DNA of 64,000 bases. It comes from Mobula birostris (lineage: Eukaryota). The notes below the pieces were generated by a model. It made no database searches. It saw nothing but the letters and a program-made list of their open reading frames with translations, and was not told where the DNA came from. How positions within the stretch are numbered: the first letter of the stretch is position 1; the number at the start of each line of letters is the position of its first letter. Of this stretch, positions 38,383-52,080 are shown piece after piece. The stretch lies in assembly GCF_030028105.1 (NCBI RefSeq), contig NC_092395.1:17266424-17330423 (forward strand), in the 5' to 3' direction. A program made the position numbers and the translations under genes.

Positions 38383-39861
38383 CCTATGCTGATCAGCTGG
38401 CTAGAGTGTTCACTGAGATCTTTAACTTCTCGCTTCTGTAGTCTGAAGTACCCACCTTCTTTAAGCAAGCTTCACCTTGTACTGGTGCCTAAAAGAACAT
38501 GGTAACCTGCCGCAATGACTATTGTCTAATAGCACTTGCATCCACAATGATGAATCTTTTTGAGAGGTTAGTGATGAAATACATCAACTTCTACCTGAAG
38601 AACAATTTGTATCTGCTTCAATTTGGTTACCCTGCAACAGGTCCACAGCAGTTGCCATTTCATTGTTTCTTCACCTAATCCAGGAACATCTGGACAGCAA
38701 AATACATATATCAGGATGCTCTTTATTAACTGCAGTTCACTATTCAATGTTGTCACCCCCTAAAAACTAATCAATAAACTTCAGGACCTTGGTTTTAATA
38801 CCTTGTGCAATTGGATCTGCAATTTTCTCACAGACCCTGGTCAGTTCGGATTGACAACAACATCTACTCCGCAATCTCCATCGGCACAGGTGCAGCTCAA
38901 GTTTGTGTGCTTGGGCCCCTGCTCTACTTGCTTTACCTTTATGACTGTGTGACTAAGTACAGCTCCAATGCCATATTAAAGTTTGCTGATGACACTACTG
39001 TCATATGCTGAATGAAAGATGGTGACAGATTGGCATATAGGAGGGAGATTGAATATGTAGCTGAGTGGTGCCACAGCAGCTTCGATCTCAATGTCAGCAA
39101 GACAGAGGAACTGATTTTTGACCAGGAGTGGAAACTGGAGGTCCATGAGCCAGCCCTCATTGGAGGATGGAGAGAGTCAGCAACTTCAAATTCCTTGGTG
39201 CTATCATTTCAGGGGACCTGTCTGAAGCCTAGCACATAAGCACAATTATGAAGGAAGCATTTCTGTTTCCTTAAGAGTTGGTGAAGATTGGCATGACGTG
39301 GATCTGAAACTTGAGAGCAAACTTCTATATATTTGTGGTGGAGAATATATTGATTGGCTGAATCCCAGCCTGATATGGAAACATCAATGCCCTTGAATGG
39401 AAAATACCACAAACAGTAGTGGATTAGGGCCAGTCCATCACAGGTAAAGCCTTCTCCACTACAGAGCGCATCTACACAGAGTGCATTGTTGCAGGAAAAC
39501 AGCATTCCTCATCGGGGACCCCCACCACCCTGGTCAGGCTTTCTTCTCAGTGATGCCATCAGGAAGAAGGTACAGGAGCCTCAGGACCTGCACCATCAGG
39601 CTCAGGAACTGTTATTACCTCTCAGTCATCAGTGTCTTGAAGCAAAGGGGTTAACTTCACTTGTCTCATCACTGAAATGTTCCCACAACCTATGGTCTCG
39701 CTTTCAAGGACTCTTCATCTCATGTTCTAGATCGGTGTGGTCTTTTGTTGATTCTGTTGTGGTTATTGGATTTATTGAGTATATCTGCAAGAAAATGAAT
39801 CTCAGCGTTGTTTATGGTGACATGTATGTACTTTGACAATAAACTTGCTTTGAACTTTGAA
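38383..39861 (+). mobile_element. Decayed Rex1/Babar LINE
   Basis: GAAQVCVLGPLLYLLYLYDC..KFADDTTV; (CTTTGAA)n tail. Confidence 0.85.
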
Positions 39862-39879
39862 TTTAAATCAAAGTACAGT

Positions 39880-40808
39880 AATGAGTACAGGAGTTGGGAT
39901 GTTATGTTGAAGATGTATCAGATGTTGGCGAGGCCAAATTTGGAGTATTGTGTGCCGTTCTAGTCATCTACCTACAGCAAAGATATCAAAATGATTGAAA
40001 GAGTGCAAAAAAAATTTACAAGAACATTGATGGATCTTGGGGACCCATTGAATAGGTTAGGACTTTCTTCCTGAAGAATAGGAAAATGAGATTTGATATA
40101 AGTATACAAAATTCAGAATCAGAATCAAGTTTATTATCACTGGCATGTGATGTAATATTTGTTAACTTAGTAGCAGCAGCAGTTCAATGCAATACGTAAT
40201 CTAGCAGAGAGAAAAAATTAAATAGTAATAAAATAAAAATAATATAATAAATAAACAAGTAAATCTATTACATATATTGAATAGATTTTTTAAAAAGTGC
40301 AAAAGCAGAAATACTGTATATTTTTTTTAAAAAGTGAGGTAGTGTCCAAGGATTCAATGTCCATTTAGGAATCGAATGGCAAAGGGTTAGAAGCTGTTCC
40401 TGAATTGCTGAGTGTGTATCTTCAGGCTTCTGTACCTCTTACCTGATGGTAACAGTGAGAAAAGGACATGCCCTGGGTGCTGGAGGTCCTTAATAATGAA
40501 CACTGCCTTAATGAGACATCACTCCCTGAAGATGTTCTGGGTACTTTGTAGGCTAGTACCATAGATGAAGCTGACTAGATTTACAACCTTCTGCAGCTTC
40601 TTTCGGTCCTGTGCAGTAGCCCCTCCATACCAGATAGTGGTGCAGCCTGTCAGAATGCTCTCCACGGTACAACTATAGAAGTTATTGAGTGTATTTCTCT
40701 TCAAACTCCTAATGAAGTATAGTTACTGTCTTGCCGCCTTTATAACTACATTGATATGTTGGGACCAGGTTAGATCCTTGGAGGATTTGACACCTGGGAA
40801 CTTGAAAT
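39880..40808. mobile_element. CR1 fragment (+, about 39880-40112) followed by a Rex1 3' part (-, about 40113-40808)
   Basis: RPNLEYCV-like CR1 motif; FYSCTVESILTGCTTIWYGGATAQDRKKLQKVV on the minus strand; (AGAATC)n tail. Confidence 0.8.
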
Positions 40809-42453
40809 TAAGAGCTTTTGGATTCTATGTTTTTAATCCAATGTTCTTTCAAAGTTCAGGAAAAAAGTACAAAACTTGTTGCTCCACAATTGTTTTATTA
40901 AGAGTTAATAGAACAAAGAAAATTGAAAACAGTAACAAAAGCAAAGGCTTTTAGCAGAAGGGAGAGAAGAAGCAAAAAGATGATGGAGCTCAATGGTCAG
41001 CTCTTTTATACCCCATAGATAAGGAACATACCATTCAAATTTGCAGATAAGACTCAACCATTCAGATAGCCCCTATTCAAATAATGAATGGGAGGTGTAT
41101 GGAGGTTTATCGTCTGGGTGCAGGTTGATGGGACTCGGCAGAGTAATCATTCAGCACAGACTGGATGGGTTGAAGATCCTATTTATGTGCTGTAGTGCTC
41201 TGACTCCCTGCTTTTAGCACCTCTACAGCGTACCGGAGCAACATCCAGAGTCCTGACTGATCAGTAAGGGTGTGAGTTTGAATCTTATCATAACAGCCAG
41301 GAGGTTTAAATTTGAAGAACTAAGCAAATCACGACTGAAACCAAAACCAGTTTGACTCACATGTTGTTTTGGGGAGGAAATTTGCTATTCTGGCGTAGAT
41401 CCCAGCAAAATAGTTGCCTTTTAATTACCCTCCAAGGTAACTACCCTCAGTTCAGGGGCATTTAAGGAGGGACAGTAAATACTTCGCTGTCAACAACATC
41501 CACATCATGGACAGCCTACAGGATTTTATTTTTCTTCTCTTCCCAGTACCCCATGCCTCTGCTTTCCTCTGCTTTTTCCTTCTTAGATGAGTGCTGTCAA
41601 AACATTCTTGCCAGTTAAGGAAATGATACTTGTCAGTAGTTAGGGAAGCGGTGGAAAGGAATGATTGGTGGCACCACCTGGTGCCGGGGCATGTGAGAAT
41701 AGCAAGCTGCTGAAGAATCCTGTGGAACTATTTTTGGTCAAAATTGGTTAGTGTTTTTTTTTGTTGCATTTATTATACGGCTTGTTATACAACTGAAGTT
41801 GCAAGCCACCAGTTGTTTGTATTTTGTTTTTGTCAAGCTTATTTACTTAAAAAAGTGCTCACTCGCACAGACGGTTTTCAGAGGAGTTTTTATCTAGTAG
41901 GTTTAAAATGGAACATCTATATTAATGTAGTCATCCTGCTTTAATTTCTGAATTAAAATATTCTTTTGTTGAGTCTTGATTTGGAAAATGGTGTTAAATG
42001 TAGATAGGTATTGATACTTTACTACAAAATCAATTTTGGTCTTCATTCATTTTGGAATGGGGGGGCTAGTATTCATTCATGATTTTTATTATGTGATTCC
42101 TGAAATGTGGGCATCGCTCATAAGGCTGCAGACTTACTAGGCTTCCTCAGAGGGCAGTGAAACATCAACTACTTTGTAGGTGTCGAGTCATGTATAAACA
42201 AGTTAATGTACCTCAAGAAAATCAGTAACCAAGCTGGATTTTAAAAGCAATTTTGTGACAATTTTTTAAATTTAAATTTTGCACCAATCAGAAGCTCTTG
42301 CCTTACTAGTACAGAAACATAACCATTTCTGTATTGACTATACTGATTACTAGTGACAATAATCAGTTTTGAAGTTCAGGATGAAATTGTGACAGATATA
42401 GAAGTAGTGAATTTAGCCCCAGTTAATTTGATTAATTTTATTACATTAGTATA

Positions 42454-44110
42454 CAGTGGCATGCAGAAGTTTGGGCACCCCGGTCAAAATTTCTGTTACT
42501 GTGAATAGTTAAGTGAGTAGAAGATGAACTGATCTCCAAAAGTCATAAAGTTAACGATGAAACATTCTTTTCAACATTCTAAGCAAGATTAGTGTATTAT
42601 TTTTGTTTTGTACAATTTTAGAGTGGGGGGAAAAAAGGAAAGGAGCACCATGCAAAAGTTTGGGCACCCCAAGAGATTTGAGCTCTCATAACCTTTACCA
42701 AGGTCTCAGACCTTAATTAGCTTGTTAGGGCTATGGTTTGTCCACAATCATCATTAGGAAAGGCCAGGTGATGCAAATTTCAAAGCTTTATAATACCCTG
42801 ACTCCTCAAACCTTGTCCCAACAATCTGCAGCCATGGGCTCCTCTAAGCAACTGCCTAGCACTCTGAAAATACAAATAAATGATGCGCACAAAGCAGGAG
42901 AAGGCTATAAGAAGATAGCAAAGCATTTTCAGGTAGCCGTTTCCTCAGTTCGTAATGTAATTAAGAAATGGCAGTTAACAGGAATGGTGGTGGTCAAGTT
43001 GAGGTCTGGAAGACCAAGAAAACTTTCCAAGGGAACTGTTTGTAGAATTGCTTGAAAGGCAAATCAAAACCCCCCTTTGACTGCAGAAGATCTTCAGGAA
43101 GACTTAACAGACTGTGGAGTGGTGGTGCACTGTTCTACTCTGCAGCAACACCTGCAGAAATATGACCTTCATAGAAGAGTCATCAGAAGAAAACCTTTCC
43201 TGCATCCTCACCACAAAACTCAGTGTCATAAGTTTGCAAAGGAACATCTAAACAAGCCTGATGCATTTTGGAAACAAGTCTGTGGACTGATGAAGTTAAA
43301 ATAGAACTCTTTGGCTGCAATGAGCAAAGGTATGTTTGGAGGAAAAAAAGGTGCAGAAAAGAGCACCTCTCCAGCTGTTAAGCACGGGGGCGGTTCGATC
43401 ATGCTTTGGGCTTGTGTTGCATCCAGTGGCACGGGGAACATTTCACTGGTAGAGGGAAGAATGAATTCAATTAAATACCAGCAAATTCTGGAAGCAAACA
43501 TCACACTGTCTAAAAAAGCGGAAGATGAAGAGGATGGCTTCTACAACAGGATAATGATCCTAAACACACCTCACAATGGACTACCTCAAGAGGTGCAAGC
43601 TGAAGGTTTTGCCATGGCCCTCACAGTCCCCCGACCTAAACATCATCGAAAATCTGTGGATAGACCTCAAGAAACATTAGTGCATGTATGCTTTTCTAAA
43701 TGACAATAAAAGAGGACTGAGTGTTCTCATAATGTAATCTAATCTAAAGAGCAGTGCATGCAAGACGGCCCAAGAATCTCACAGAACTAGAAACCTTTTG
43801 CAAGGAAGAATGGGCGAAAATCCCCCAAACAAGAATTGAAAGACTAGCTGGCTACTAAAAGCGTTTACAAGCTGTGATACTTGCCAAAGAGGATGTTACT
43901 AAGTACTGACCATGCAGGGTGCCCAAACTTTTGTTTTGGGCCCTTTTCCTGTTTTGCTATTTTGAAACTGTAAAAGATGGAAATAAAAAAGTAATCTTGC
44001 TTAAAATATTAAAGAAATGTGTCATCTTTAACTTTATGCCTTTTGGAAACCAGGTCATCGTTTACTCGCTTAGCTATTCACAGGGATGCCCAAACTTTTG
44101 CATGCCACTG
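42454..44110 (+). mobile_element. Near full-length Tc1-like transposon of IR/DR type (dead)
   Basis: TA|cagtggcatgcagaagtttgggcaccc...gggatgcccaaacttttgcatgccactg|TA; about 200-bp imperfect IRs with inner direct repeats (about 42650-42670, 43917-43933); ATG 42834 [46 protein letters not shown]; stop and frameshifts. Confidence 0.95.
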
Positions 44111-44785
44111 TATATTTTTAAGGTTGACTTTCTGGAATTATGTACTGACCTAATTTAAAGTAGGGTCAGTCAACTACAGTAAAATCTGAGTTTTAGCTTT
44201 ATTCAAGTTGAATCTGTTTAACACTTTCAGTAAATGGCATTGAGGTACAGTTCAGTCAGGAATTAATTGAATGAAGGCTCAAATGAGTAACTTGGATTTA
44301 CGTTGATCATTAGTGTGGTAGGTAAACCCTTTAGCTTTGAGCAGAATTGTAAAAGATTACCCCTATCCAGTGTGTTAGTCTGAAGGTAACTGAGACTCAT
44401 GATCCAGAAGTCAGTCATGAAGGCACATATATTTGGGCAATAATTTAATCAAAATCGTATTGAAGAGTAGTACTTGGAAATAATATCAATGTTTAAAGGA
44501 ATTACAGAACCAGAGTTGGGTTTTACTTTGGTGACATTTGCAGAAGGTTGGAATGGCCACTGTAGTGTCTAGCCATGGGGCCAAGAGAGAGGTGTGTGCT
44601 TAGGTGGTGAGTATCTGGTTTGATTAGTTGCAAATGAGCAAGTTTTAACTTGTCCTATTTATAGAAATTAATATGGGTGCAGGTGAAGTGTAATTAATGT
44701 TTTCTGTCTCTTGAAATAAAATGACAATTCTATGTAATCCTGGTGAAAAACCAAGTTGTAAAACTGTTTTTTATTTGATTTGTAG

Positions 44786-44940
44786 GTCAATGCACAATTG
44801 ATTCGAGAGGTTGATGTAGAGAAAGTAGCATCATTTGGTAGTCCATATGTAAGTGCAATAAAGACTCTGTGGAATGATCCAGGAATACAAGAGTGCTATG
44901 ACCGAAGGCGAGAATATCAATTGTCAGACTCTGCTAAATA
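44786..44940 (+). CDS. GNA11: Gq/11 alpha subunit, exon 3
   Basis: tttgtag|GTC AAT..GCT AAA TA|gtaagt; [51 protein letters not shown](Y); 155 nt; absent from the ORF track, translated by hand. Confidence 0.97.
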
Positions 44941-46099
44941 GTAAGTATGTGACTTGTTTGGACCATCCTGGATAAAACCAGGATATGTGATCCTCTGAAT
45001 TCAACCTATAAAAAAGCATCTTTTTAGCAAGGTGTATGTATAATGTAACGTTATATTTGCAAGTGTGTTGGTTAGTTTTTGTGTCATTTTAAAATAAACT
45101 AATGTTTGCTATGAATCATAAATTTGCCAAATAGTGAAATCCAGTGTGATGTGGAGTTTTACAAACTTAGATTAGTTCAAAACATACTTTCAATTGTCAG
45201 GAATTGGATATTGCTGTTAGACTCCAAATAAAATCAAATTATAGTATTTAAGTTTTATCTTCAAAATTTACTTAAGAATGAAGACTGTAACCATTAACAA
45301 TAATTGGTGACATTCTAAATTTTTAGTTCTTCTCACGAATGTTGAGGCACACAAATACTCAAACTTGTATCTAAAGCTGACGTTTAGAAGTTGCCTTATT
45401 CCATTTTCCCTCGAATTCCTACCTTCTGAAGAACTTGCTTCAGTTGGAGTTTCATTAATGCCAGCTGAATTTAAATAGTAATTATGCATGTGTATTTCAA
45501 TGATTCACCTGTGTAATCATCACAAATAAGCTGCTTCTATCTTCCATCCATCAGGTAGTAATAACAATGATCACACGGTAGTAGTATCCATAATCAGGTT
45601 CCTTTCTGTTAAGTTGGGCTGCTTTTGGTTCACTTGGAATATTGAACTTCTGCTTACACGGTGATTTAAATTCAGAAGTCGCTCAAAAGGTTTCAGATTT
45701 GATGGAATCAATCTCAAATAGTAATAAAAATGTAACTACTTCCAATAGCAGTAATATTCATTTAAAAGATGGTGAGTGAATAATTATTGCAACATTATGA
45801 TTGGAGAATTTAGTGTTCCTGTGATACCAGGTTAAAATCTGATTTGTTGATTTATGCATGTCTAATCTGGTGATAGCTTTTACTCAATGCCTTTAAAGAA
45901 CAGTGAGATTAATTCTGAATACTCCTGTTGCTACAAGAGGTGTTTTGTGCTCCGTGTGAAAGTAAATGCTTTGAATTCTCCCTCCTAAAATGTCTCCATT
46001 TAGTCAGTAATTTGGTCTTCTGATCTTGGGAAATATTGAGGCAGTGATAATACAATGCAACTTCCATAATCTATGCTATCCAGCTAAATGGCAGTCTTT

Positions 46100-47396
46100 G
46101 CAACATACACAAAATACTGAAGGAGCTCAGCAGGCCAGGTAGTACCAGAGTAAACAGACGTTTCGGGCCTAGACCCTTCGTCAGAACTAGAGAAAATAGA
46201 TGGGAAGCCAGAGTAAGAAGATGGGGGGAGGGTTTGGTGGAGTAAGAAATACAGGGTAGTAAATGATAAGTGAAACTGGAGAGGGAACGGGGTGAAATGA
46301 AGAGCTATGAATTCGATTGGTGAAAGACATAAAGGGCTGGAGAAGGGAGAATCTGATGGGAGAGGACAGAAGGCATGGAAGAAAGGGAGGGGGAGGAGCA
46401 CCAGATGGAGGTGACCGGCAAGTAAGGAGATGAGGTGAGGGGGGGCATTACTGGAAGTTCGAGAGGTCAGTGTTCATGCCATCGGGTTGGATGCTGCCCA
46501 GACAGAATATAAGGTGTTGTGCCTCTGACCCGAGTGTGGCCTCACTGCGGCAGTAGAAGAGGCCACGGACTGACATGACAGAATGGGAATGGGTGGCCAC
46601 TGGGAGATCCTGCTTTTTCCGCCGAATGGAGTGTAGGTGCTCGGTGAAGCAGTCTTCCAATCTGTGTCGTGTCTCACCGATGTACAGGAGGCTTGTGAGT
46701 CTGTTGGAGGTGTTCCCGGTGTAAACTCCTGTATATCCTGACATAAATTGGGAGACTACTTCGCCGAGCACCTTTGCTCCATCTGGCAGTAAAAGCGAGA
46801 TCTTCCAGTGGCCACCCATTTTTATTCTACTTCCCATTCTGACATGTCAGTCCATGGCCTCCTCTAGTGCCATGATGAGGCCAGACACAGGTTGGAGGAG
46901 TAAGACCTTGTATTCTGGGTAGTCTCCAACCTGATGGCAAAAACATCAATTTCTTGAACTTCCAGTAATGGGCATCTCCTCCCCCCACCACCATCCCCCA
47001 TTACCATTTCCCTTCTCACCTTATATCCTTACCTGCCCATCACCTCTGTCTGGTGCTTCTCCACCTTCCCTTTCTTCCATGACCTTCAGTTCTCCCCTAT
47101 TAGATTCCACCTTCTCCAGCCCTTTAGCTCTTATACCAATCAGCTTCTCAGCTCTTTACTGCACTCCTCCCCCTCCCCTCCCTCTTTCACCTATCACCTT
47201 CTACCTTGTATTTCTTCCTCCCCTCCCTCCACCTCTGACTTTCCATCTTTTTTTCTCCGGTTCTGGTGGAGGAGCCTTGGTTCGAAACGTTGACTGTTTA
47301 CTCTTTTCCATAGTTCCTGCCTGGCCTGCAGTGTTCCTCTAGCATTTTATGTGTGTTGCTTGGATTTCTGGCATCTGCAGATTTTCTCTTGTTTGG
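46100..47396. mobile_element. PLE family A insertion made of two inverted 3' halves
   Basis: GIY-YIG remnant LLYIGETRHRLEDCFTEHLHSIRRKKQDLPVATH..HLIFCLGSIQPDGMN; - arm about 46100-46690, + arm about 46730-47396; TSD aaatgg(c/a)agtcttt (46086-99, 47397-410); hammerhead core intact at 46153-46188(-) but stem I lost. Confidence 0.88.
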
Positions 47397-48150
47397 AAAT
47401 GGAAGTCTTTATTTGTGACTTAGCTACATCTGTTGCAATTCCCATTCATCCAGCTCCTGGTTTCCTATGTTCTGTTCCACTCACCGGGGCCCATTTCCTG
47501 CTAATTTGAGTTTCTCTAATGCTCAAAATTTGTAGTTGTTGTGATTGCTACTGCTTTTAAGTAGCCTTTGGATTCCTGCATTAGAAGGGAAGGTTAGTGT
47601 GAAATAGATTATTATACATATATTGTACCATTATTATTGTATCTATCATGTAATTGGATTTTTTATCTTGGTAAAAGTGGTGTTATGTTAAGGGAACTCG
47701 CCTTTCACCCATCTGCTCTGAAGTGTTGTCAATGTGGAATTTATTTTTGTATCATTTTCTTTCTCATTCAGAGTAATTTAGAGCAATAGTTTGAAATTAT
47801 TCTGCTTGGCTGAGTGTAGTCATTGAACCAAGTCTTCACATTCTTAAAAATCTTGTGTCAGCTATTATGCAATAATTATTCCATATTAAAATAATTTGTG
47901 CAGGTATCTTCAACTTATGAATGAAGTGGTAGCAAGTCATCCTCAATTCTGTCGGACAGCCAGAGGAGGATGAAGATTTGCTGAAAATTGTTTTTGAGAT
48001 TACAAAAAGTTAGATAAAATAACCTTTTGAGCTTCTCAATTTATTTAACATAACACCTTCAAGGTAACAACCAGCTGTGATAGAGTTGGTAAAATGGTTG
48101 CTGTTAAACAATGTATGTAGGTTAACAGTCCTGAGGGTCAATTAAATGTA

Positions 48151-50182
48151 TACTCAGACCCTGCGTAATGCTACCCTGCATAACGCTTATTCATTACAAT
48201 GTGGTTATTCAATTCTTCATTGAAATTTTTGAAAATGACAAAAATTCATTCTAAACAACATTTCAAACTTCTCAAGAGCGGCCGCCATTAAATAAACATT
48301 CAGTCAGCCAGTGAGAGCACTTTATATGTACTCTGAGCCACTCACAGCCAGTCATGTATTAGTTCATGCTCCGCCTTCCCTGTGTGTGTGTAAACGTTCT
48401 TGCTCCTTCGGCAATTTATTCAATTTTTTCACCCATACTGTCTGGAAAACAGCCTGTAACTTGCAGTGAGTGTAGTACATCTAAGATGTCTGGGAAAAGC
48501 ATTAGTGTGGATGTTAAACTGCAAATGATGTGGCATTTGGAAGCTGGTGAGTGTCAGGTTGATATTGGCACCTCTTTGAAATTGGCTACATCGACGATCA
48601 GAAAAATTATTTTAAAAAATGCAGACAAGTTAAAAGCTTCTGCAATGATGATCTCAAAGTTATCATCAACGAAGGCTATGCTTGAAAACATTGAAAATAG
48701 ACTAAATATGTGGGTGGATGACCAAAGACAACGAAACATGCCCCAACGCCAGTTGATAATAATGGAAAAGGCAAAAAGCATCTTCAATCATATTCAAGAA
48801 GAAGGTATGTCGGTAACATTCACAGCCAGCGAAGTTGGTTTGGTAGATTTAAACAGTGCAGTAAGTAACCTCCATAGCATATGTATCTCTGGTGAAGTGG
48901 TTAGTGCAGGCAACAAGGCTGCCCAGGATTTTCTTGTGACACTGAAGGCTGTAATCGAAAAGGACGATTTTACTCCCGAGCTTGTCTTCAATGTGGATGA
49001 ATCGGGCCCATTATGAAAATCACCTTGTACTTTCATCTCTCGATAAGAGAAACGTGTACCTGGGTTCAAGGCTGCAAAGGGCTGGTTAACTCTCTTGCTA
49101 GGAGGCAATGCTAAGGTATCACTCTGAAACACCACGAGCAATGAAAGGCATTTTAAAGTCAAGTCTACCAGTGATTTTGAAATCAAACAAGAAAGCCTGG
49201 GTGAAGATTGATGTTCTCCAAAATTGGTTTGTTTCACGTTTTTGTCTAGCAGTGAAGCGGTATTGTGAGGAGCATGGCCTTGAACCTTTGTTGGTACTTG
49301 ATAATGCCCGAGGTCACCCTGAGAATCTTGATGCATTTGGTATCTGCGTTCCTATAAAAGTGGTTTCCACCCAACACCATTACTCCAACCAATGGAACAA
49401 GGAATAATGATCGAATCTTAAAGCCAACTACATTTGCACATTCAAGCAACTTGTAGAGGAAACAAAAGGTAAAGCCAAACAATCCATCAGGCAATTTTGG
49501 GAAAACTACAACGTCTTGACAATAGCAGCCTGGGAAGAAGTAACTTCAAACTGCATAAACGGAGCATGGAAGAAGATATGGCCAGAAGCATGCAATGAGA
49601 TCCTAGGATTTCAGGCAGAACCAGTCATACAAAACATCGTTGAACTGGTCAATGAAGCGGGATGAGAGGATGTTAATAATGATGATGTTGAAGAATTACT
49701 GCATTCTAATGGTGTCAGCCTTAATAACGAAGAACATCGAGAATTGGCAGAGCAAATGCATCCTGAGCAATGAAGATGGAGAAGAGGAAACATCACAATG
49801 AACACAGATGGAGAAGAGGAAACATCACAAGAAGCCTCACCACAAATTTCCTAAGCACTAGCATCATCCAAATCTCACAAATCATGGATCAGTTCATCGA
49901 TAATGACCCTGACTGGAAGCAAAGCAATAAGCCAAAGAGCCCTCTGCTCCTGCTGCAATGTATTGCTGCTCCATTGATTATACAGGTTAGGCCTATTAGT
50001 GTGTTTGTTACTCCACAAGTTACTGTGTATACATAAAATAATGTACATCTAGGGTTTCATTTTTAATATATCAGGCACACATGTCCATTTACGCAATGTA
50101 TGATGACCCTGCATAGAGCTGATTTACATAAAGCTTACCACCTCCAAAGAATGCACCCTCAGCATTCAGCGGGGTCTAATTG
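48151..50182 (+). mobile_element. Tigger1-like pogo transposon, near full length, dead
   Basis: ORF 48366-49016 HTH, CENP-B and VFNVDESG; later LPVILKSNKKAWV..LLVLDNARGHP; degenerate TIRs with TA; ends about 160 nt before exon 4. Confidence 0.88.
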
Positions 50183-50341
50183 TAATCTGGATATTAGCTG
50201 TACAGTTGAGCGATGGGGTAGTCACAAGGAAGTTAGATTTGTCACCATATTTATTAGTGATAAAGGTAGCTGCTGAGGGAAGCATTTTGGAGCAACCTTG
50301 TGTTTTTATTTTTTTTTACATGTCTTTTTCTCTCTTTGCAG

Positions 50342-50470
50342 TTACCTTAGTGATTTGGATCGTATATCTGATCCTGCCTATCTCCCAACCCAACAGGATG
50401 TTCTTAGAGTTCGAATACCAACAACAGGGATCATTGAATATCCCTTTGACTTGCAAAGCATCATATTCAG
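50342..50470 (+). CDS. GNA11: Gq/11 alpha subunit, exon 4 (switch I, R183 equivalent)
   Basis: Long pyrimidine tract, ttgcag|T TAC..TTC AG|gttggt; [42 protein letters not shown](R); 129 nt. Confidence 0.97.
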
Positions 50471-51819
50471 GTTGGTAGTTTCTAAAAATATTGTGATCTT
50501 AATGTAATATGGTTATTTTTGAATTAAAGCTGGTTCATATCCATATCTAAATATTTTTAAATTCAAGGATGATTTATAAACTTAAGTCAACTTTAATAAT
50601 AAAGTTTTTATTTGTAGTAGTTTGGAAATATTGCTGTAAAAACTTGTAGTTCAAGTAAGTAGGACAAATTAAAATTAGGTCATTTGATAGTATTTTTGGT
50701 CTATCTCTGCAAGACATCATTTGTCAAACTGGTAGGTTGACAGGTACTGAACACAGGGACTAAATGAACTTGCGCAGCATCTTTTTTTTTACCAAAACAG
50801 TTGCTATTTGAAATTCCCTTTGACTTTAATGTTCTTTCAGGTATTAGCTTTCAGTCTACATTTTGTTTCTCAGAAATGTTTTCCTGTCTGGTAAAGGTGG
50901 TATCATTAATCTACCATCTTTTATGTTCCTCTTTAATGAAAATGGGTTGACAGCATTTTAAAGTTACTTTGTAAATGTCAAAATAGATAATCCTTTGACC
51001 CCTATTTAAATAGTACTTGGAAGAGGAAAAATATGCAGGACCTTAAACCAGATTTTGCTGTTAGAGAATCTTAGTCATCTCTTTCTGCTGTCCTTTTGTG
51101 TCCACACACAAAATTTTTAAAATAACCAATCCTTCCTATAATTTAATATAAATGCAAATTATTTACAGCATAACATGCATAAATATATTTTTAGGAAGTG
51201 CTAAAACATTAGAAACCATAATATTAAATAACCTTTTTGTAAATGATAGTGATTATCAGCATCGTGGTAAAATGATACATTTTTAAATGTATACACATCA
51301 CCCCTGCCTTCCAAAAAATTTTAAGCTCTAACTCCCCTGCACACTTCTATTCCCCTATTCTACATTTGGTCTTGTGCAATGCCGAAATCACAATCAGTCC
51401 ATGCCCCATTTAACTTTTGTGTGATGCACGAGATCAATCATATTCTTTATCCTTGCCTATTACTATTTCTTTTTGGCTTACCATAATCTCTGATTGCCTG
51501 CTGTTGAGTCATTTAGGTATTGAGAAACTCACTGTGACTTTCTGATCTGTCTTATTCAACTGTGTCCAAAGTTCTTAGCCCTCCTTGGAATTTTGATGAC
51601 CTTAATTTTTCTCCCTTGAAATAGATAATCATTTGGGTATATTACATCATTTGTTTGATAATATTCAAGCCATCCTTGCATCTGACACACCAATAAGCTA
51701 TGAGATGAAATAAAATGATAGCATTTTCATGTTGTAAATTGATTAAGAATATCTTAAGCCACTTATAAGTGTAACAGATCTCCAATTATGCTTCCATTCA
51801 GCAATCAGCATTCATGATG

Positions 51820-52080
51820 CGGTCTCCTGTATACTAGAAAAACAAGCACAGACTGAGTGATTGCTTTGGAAAGCACTTGCATTCGCTTTGCAGAGGCATA
51901 TTAGATAAGCCAGTTATCTTAACACTTCAGTGCTTCATCCCATTTTTGCTCTGACCTATCTGTTTGTGGTCTCTTGCATCATTGTAATGTAGCCCAATGT
52001 AAACTTGAGTGTCTTCTGTCTGGGCATGTTGAAGTCTCTTGGTTTGTATTGAACTGTACAACTTCAAGTCATTTGCTTTC
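51820..52080 (+). mobile_element. Highly decayed PLE GIY-YIG fragment
   Basis: YTRKTSTD..DCFGKHLHSL-like, homologous to family A. Confidence 0.5.

Noticed and set aside
48366-49805. Tigger ORF as a domesticated TIGD gene
   Set aside because: Stops and frameshifts through the DDE domain, and TIRs are retained.
49775-49830. Duplicated agatggagaagaggaaacatcaca
   Set aside because: Ordinary local duplication inside a dead transposon.
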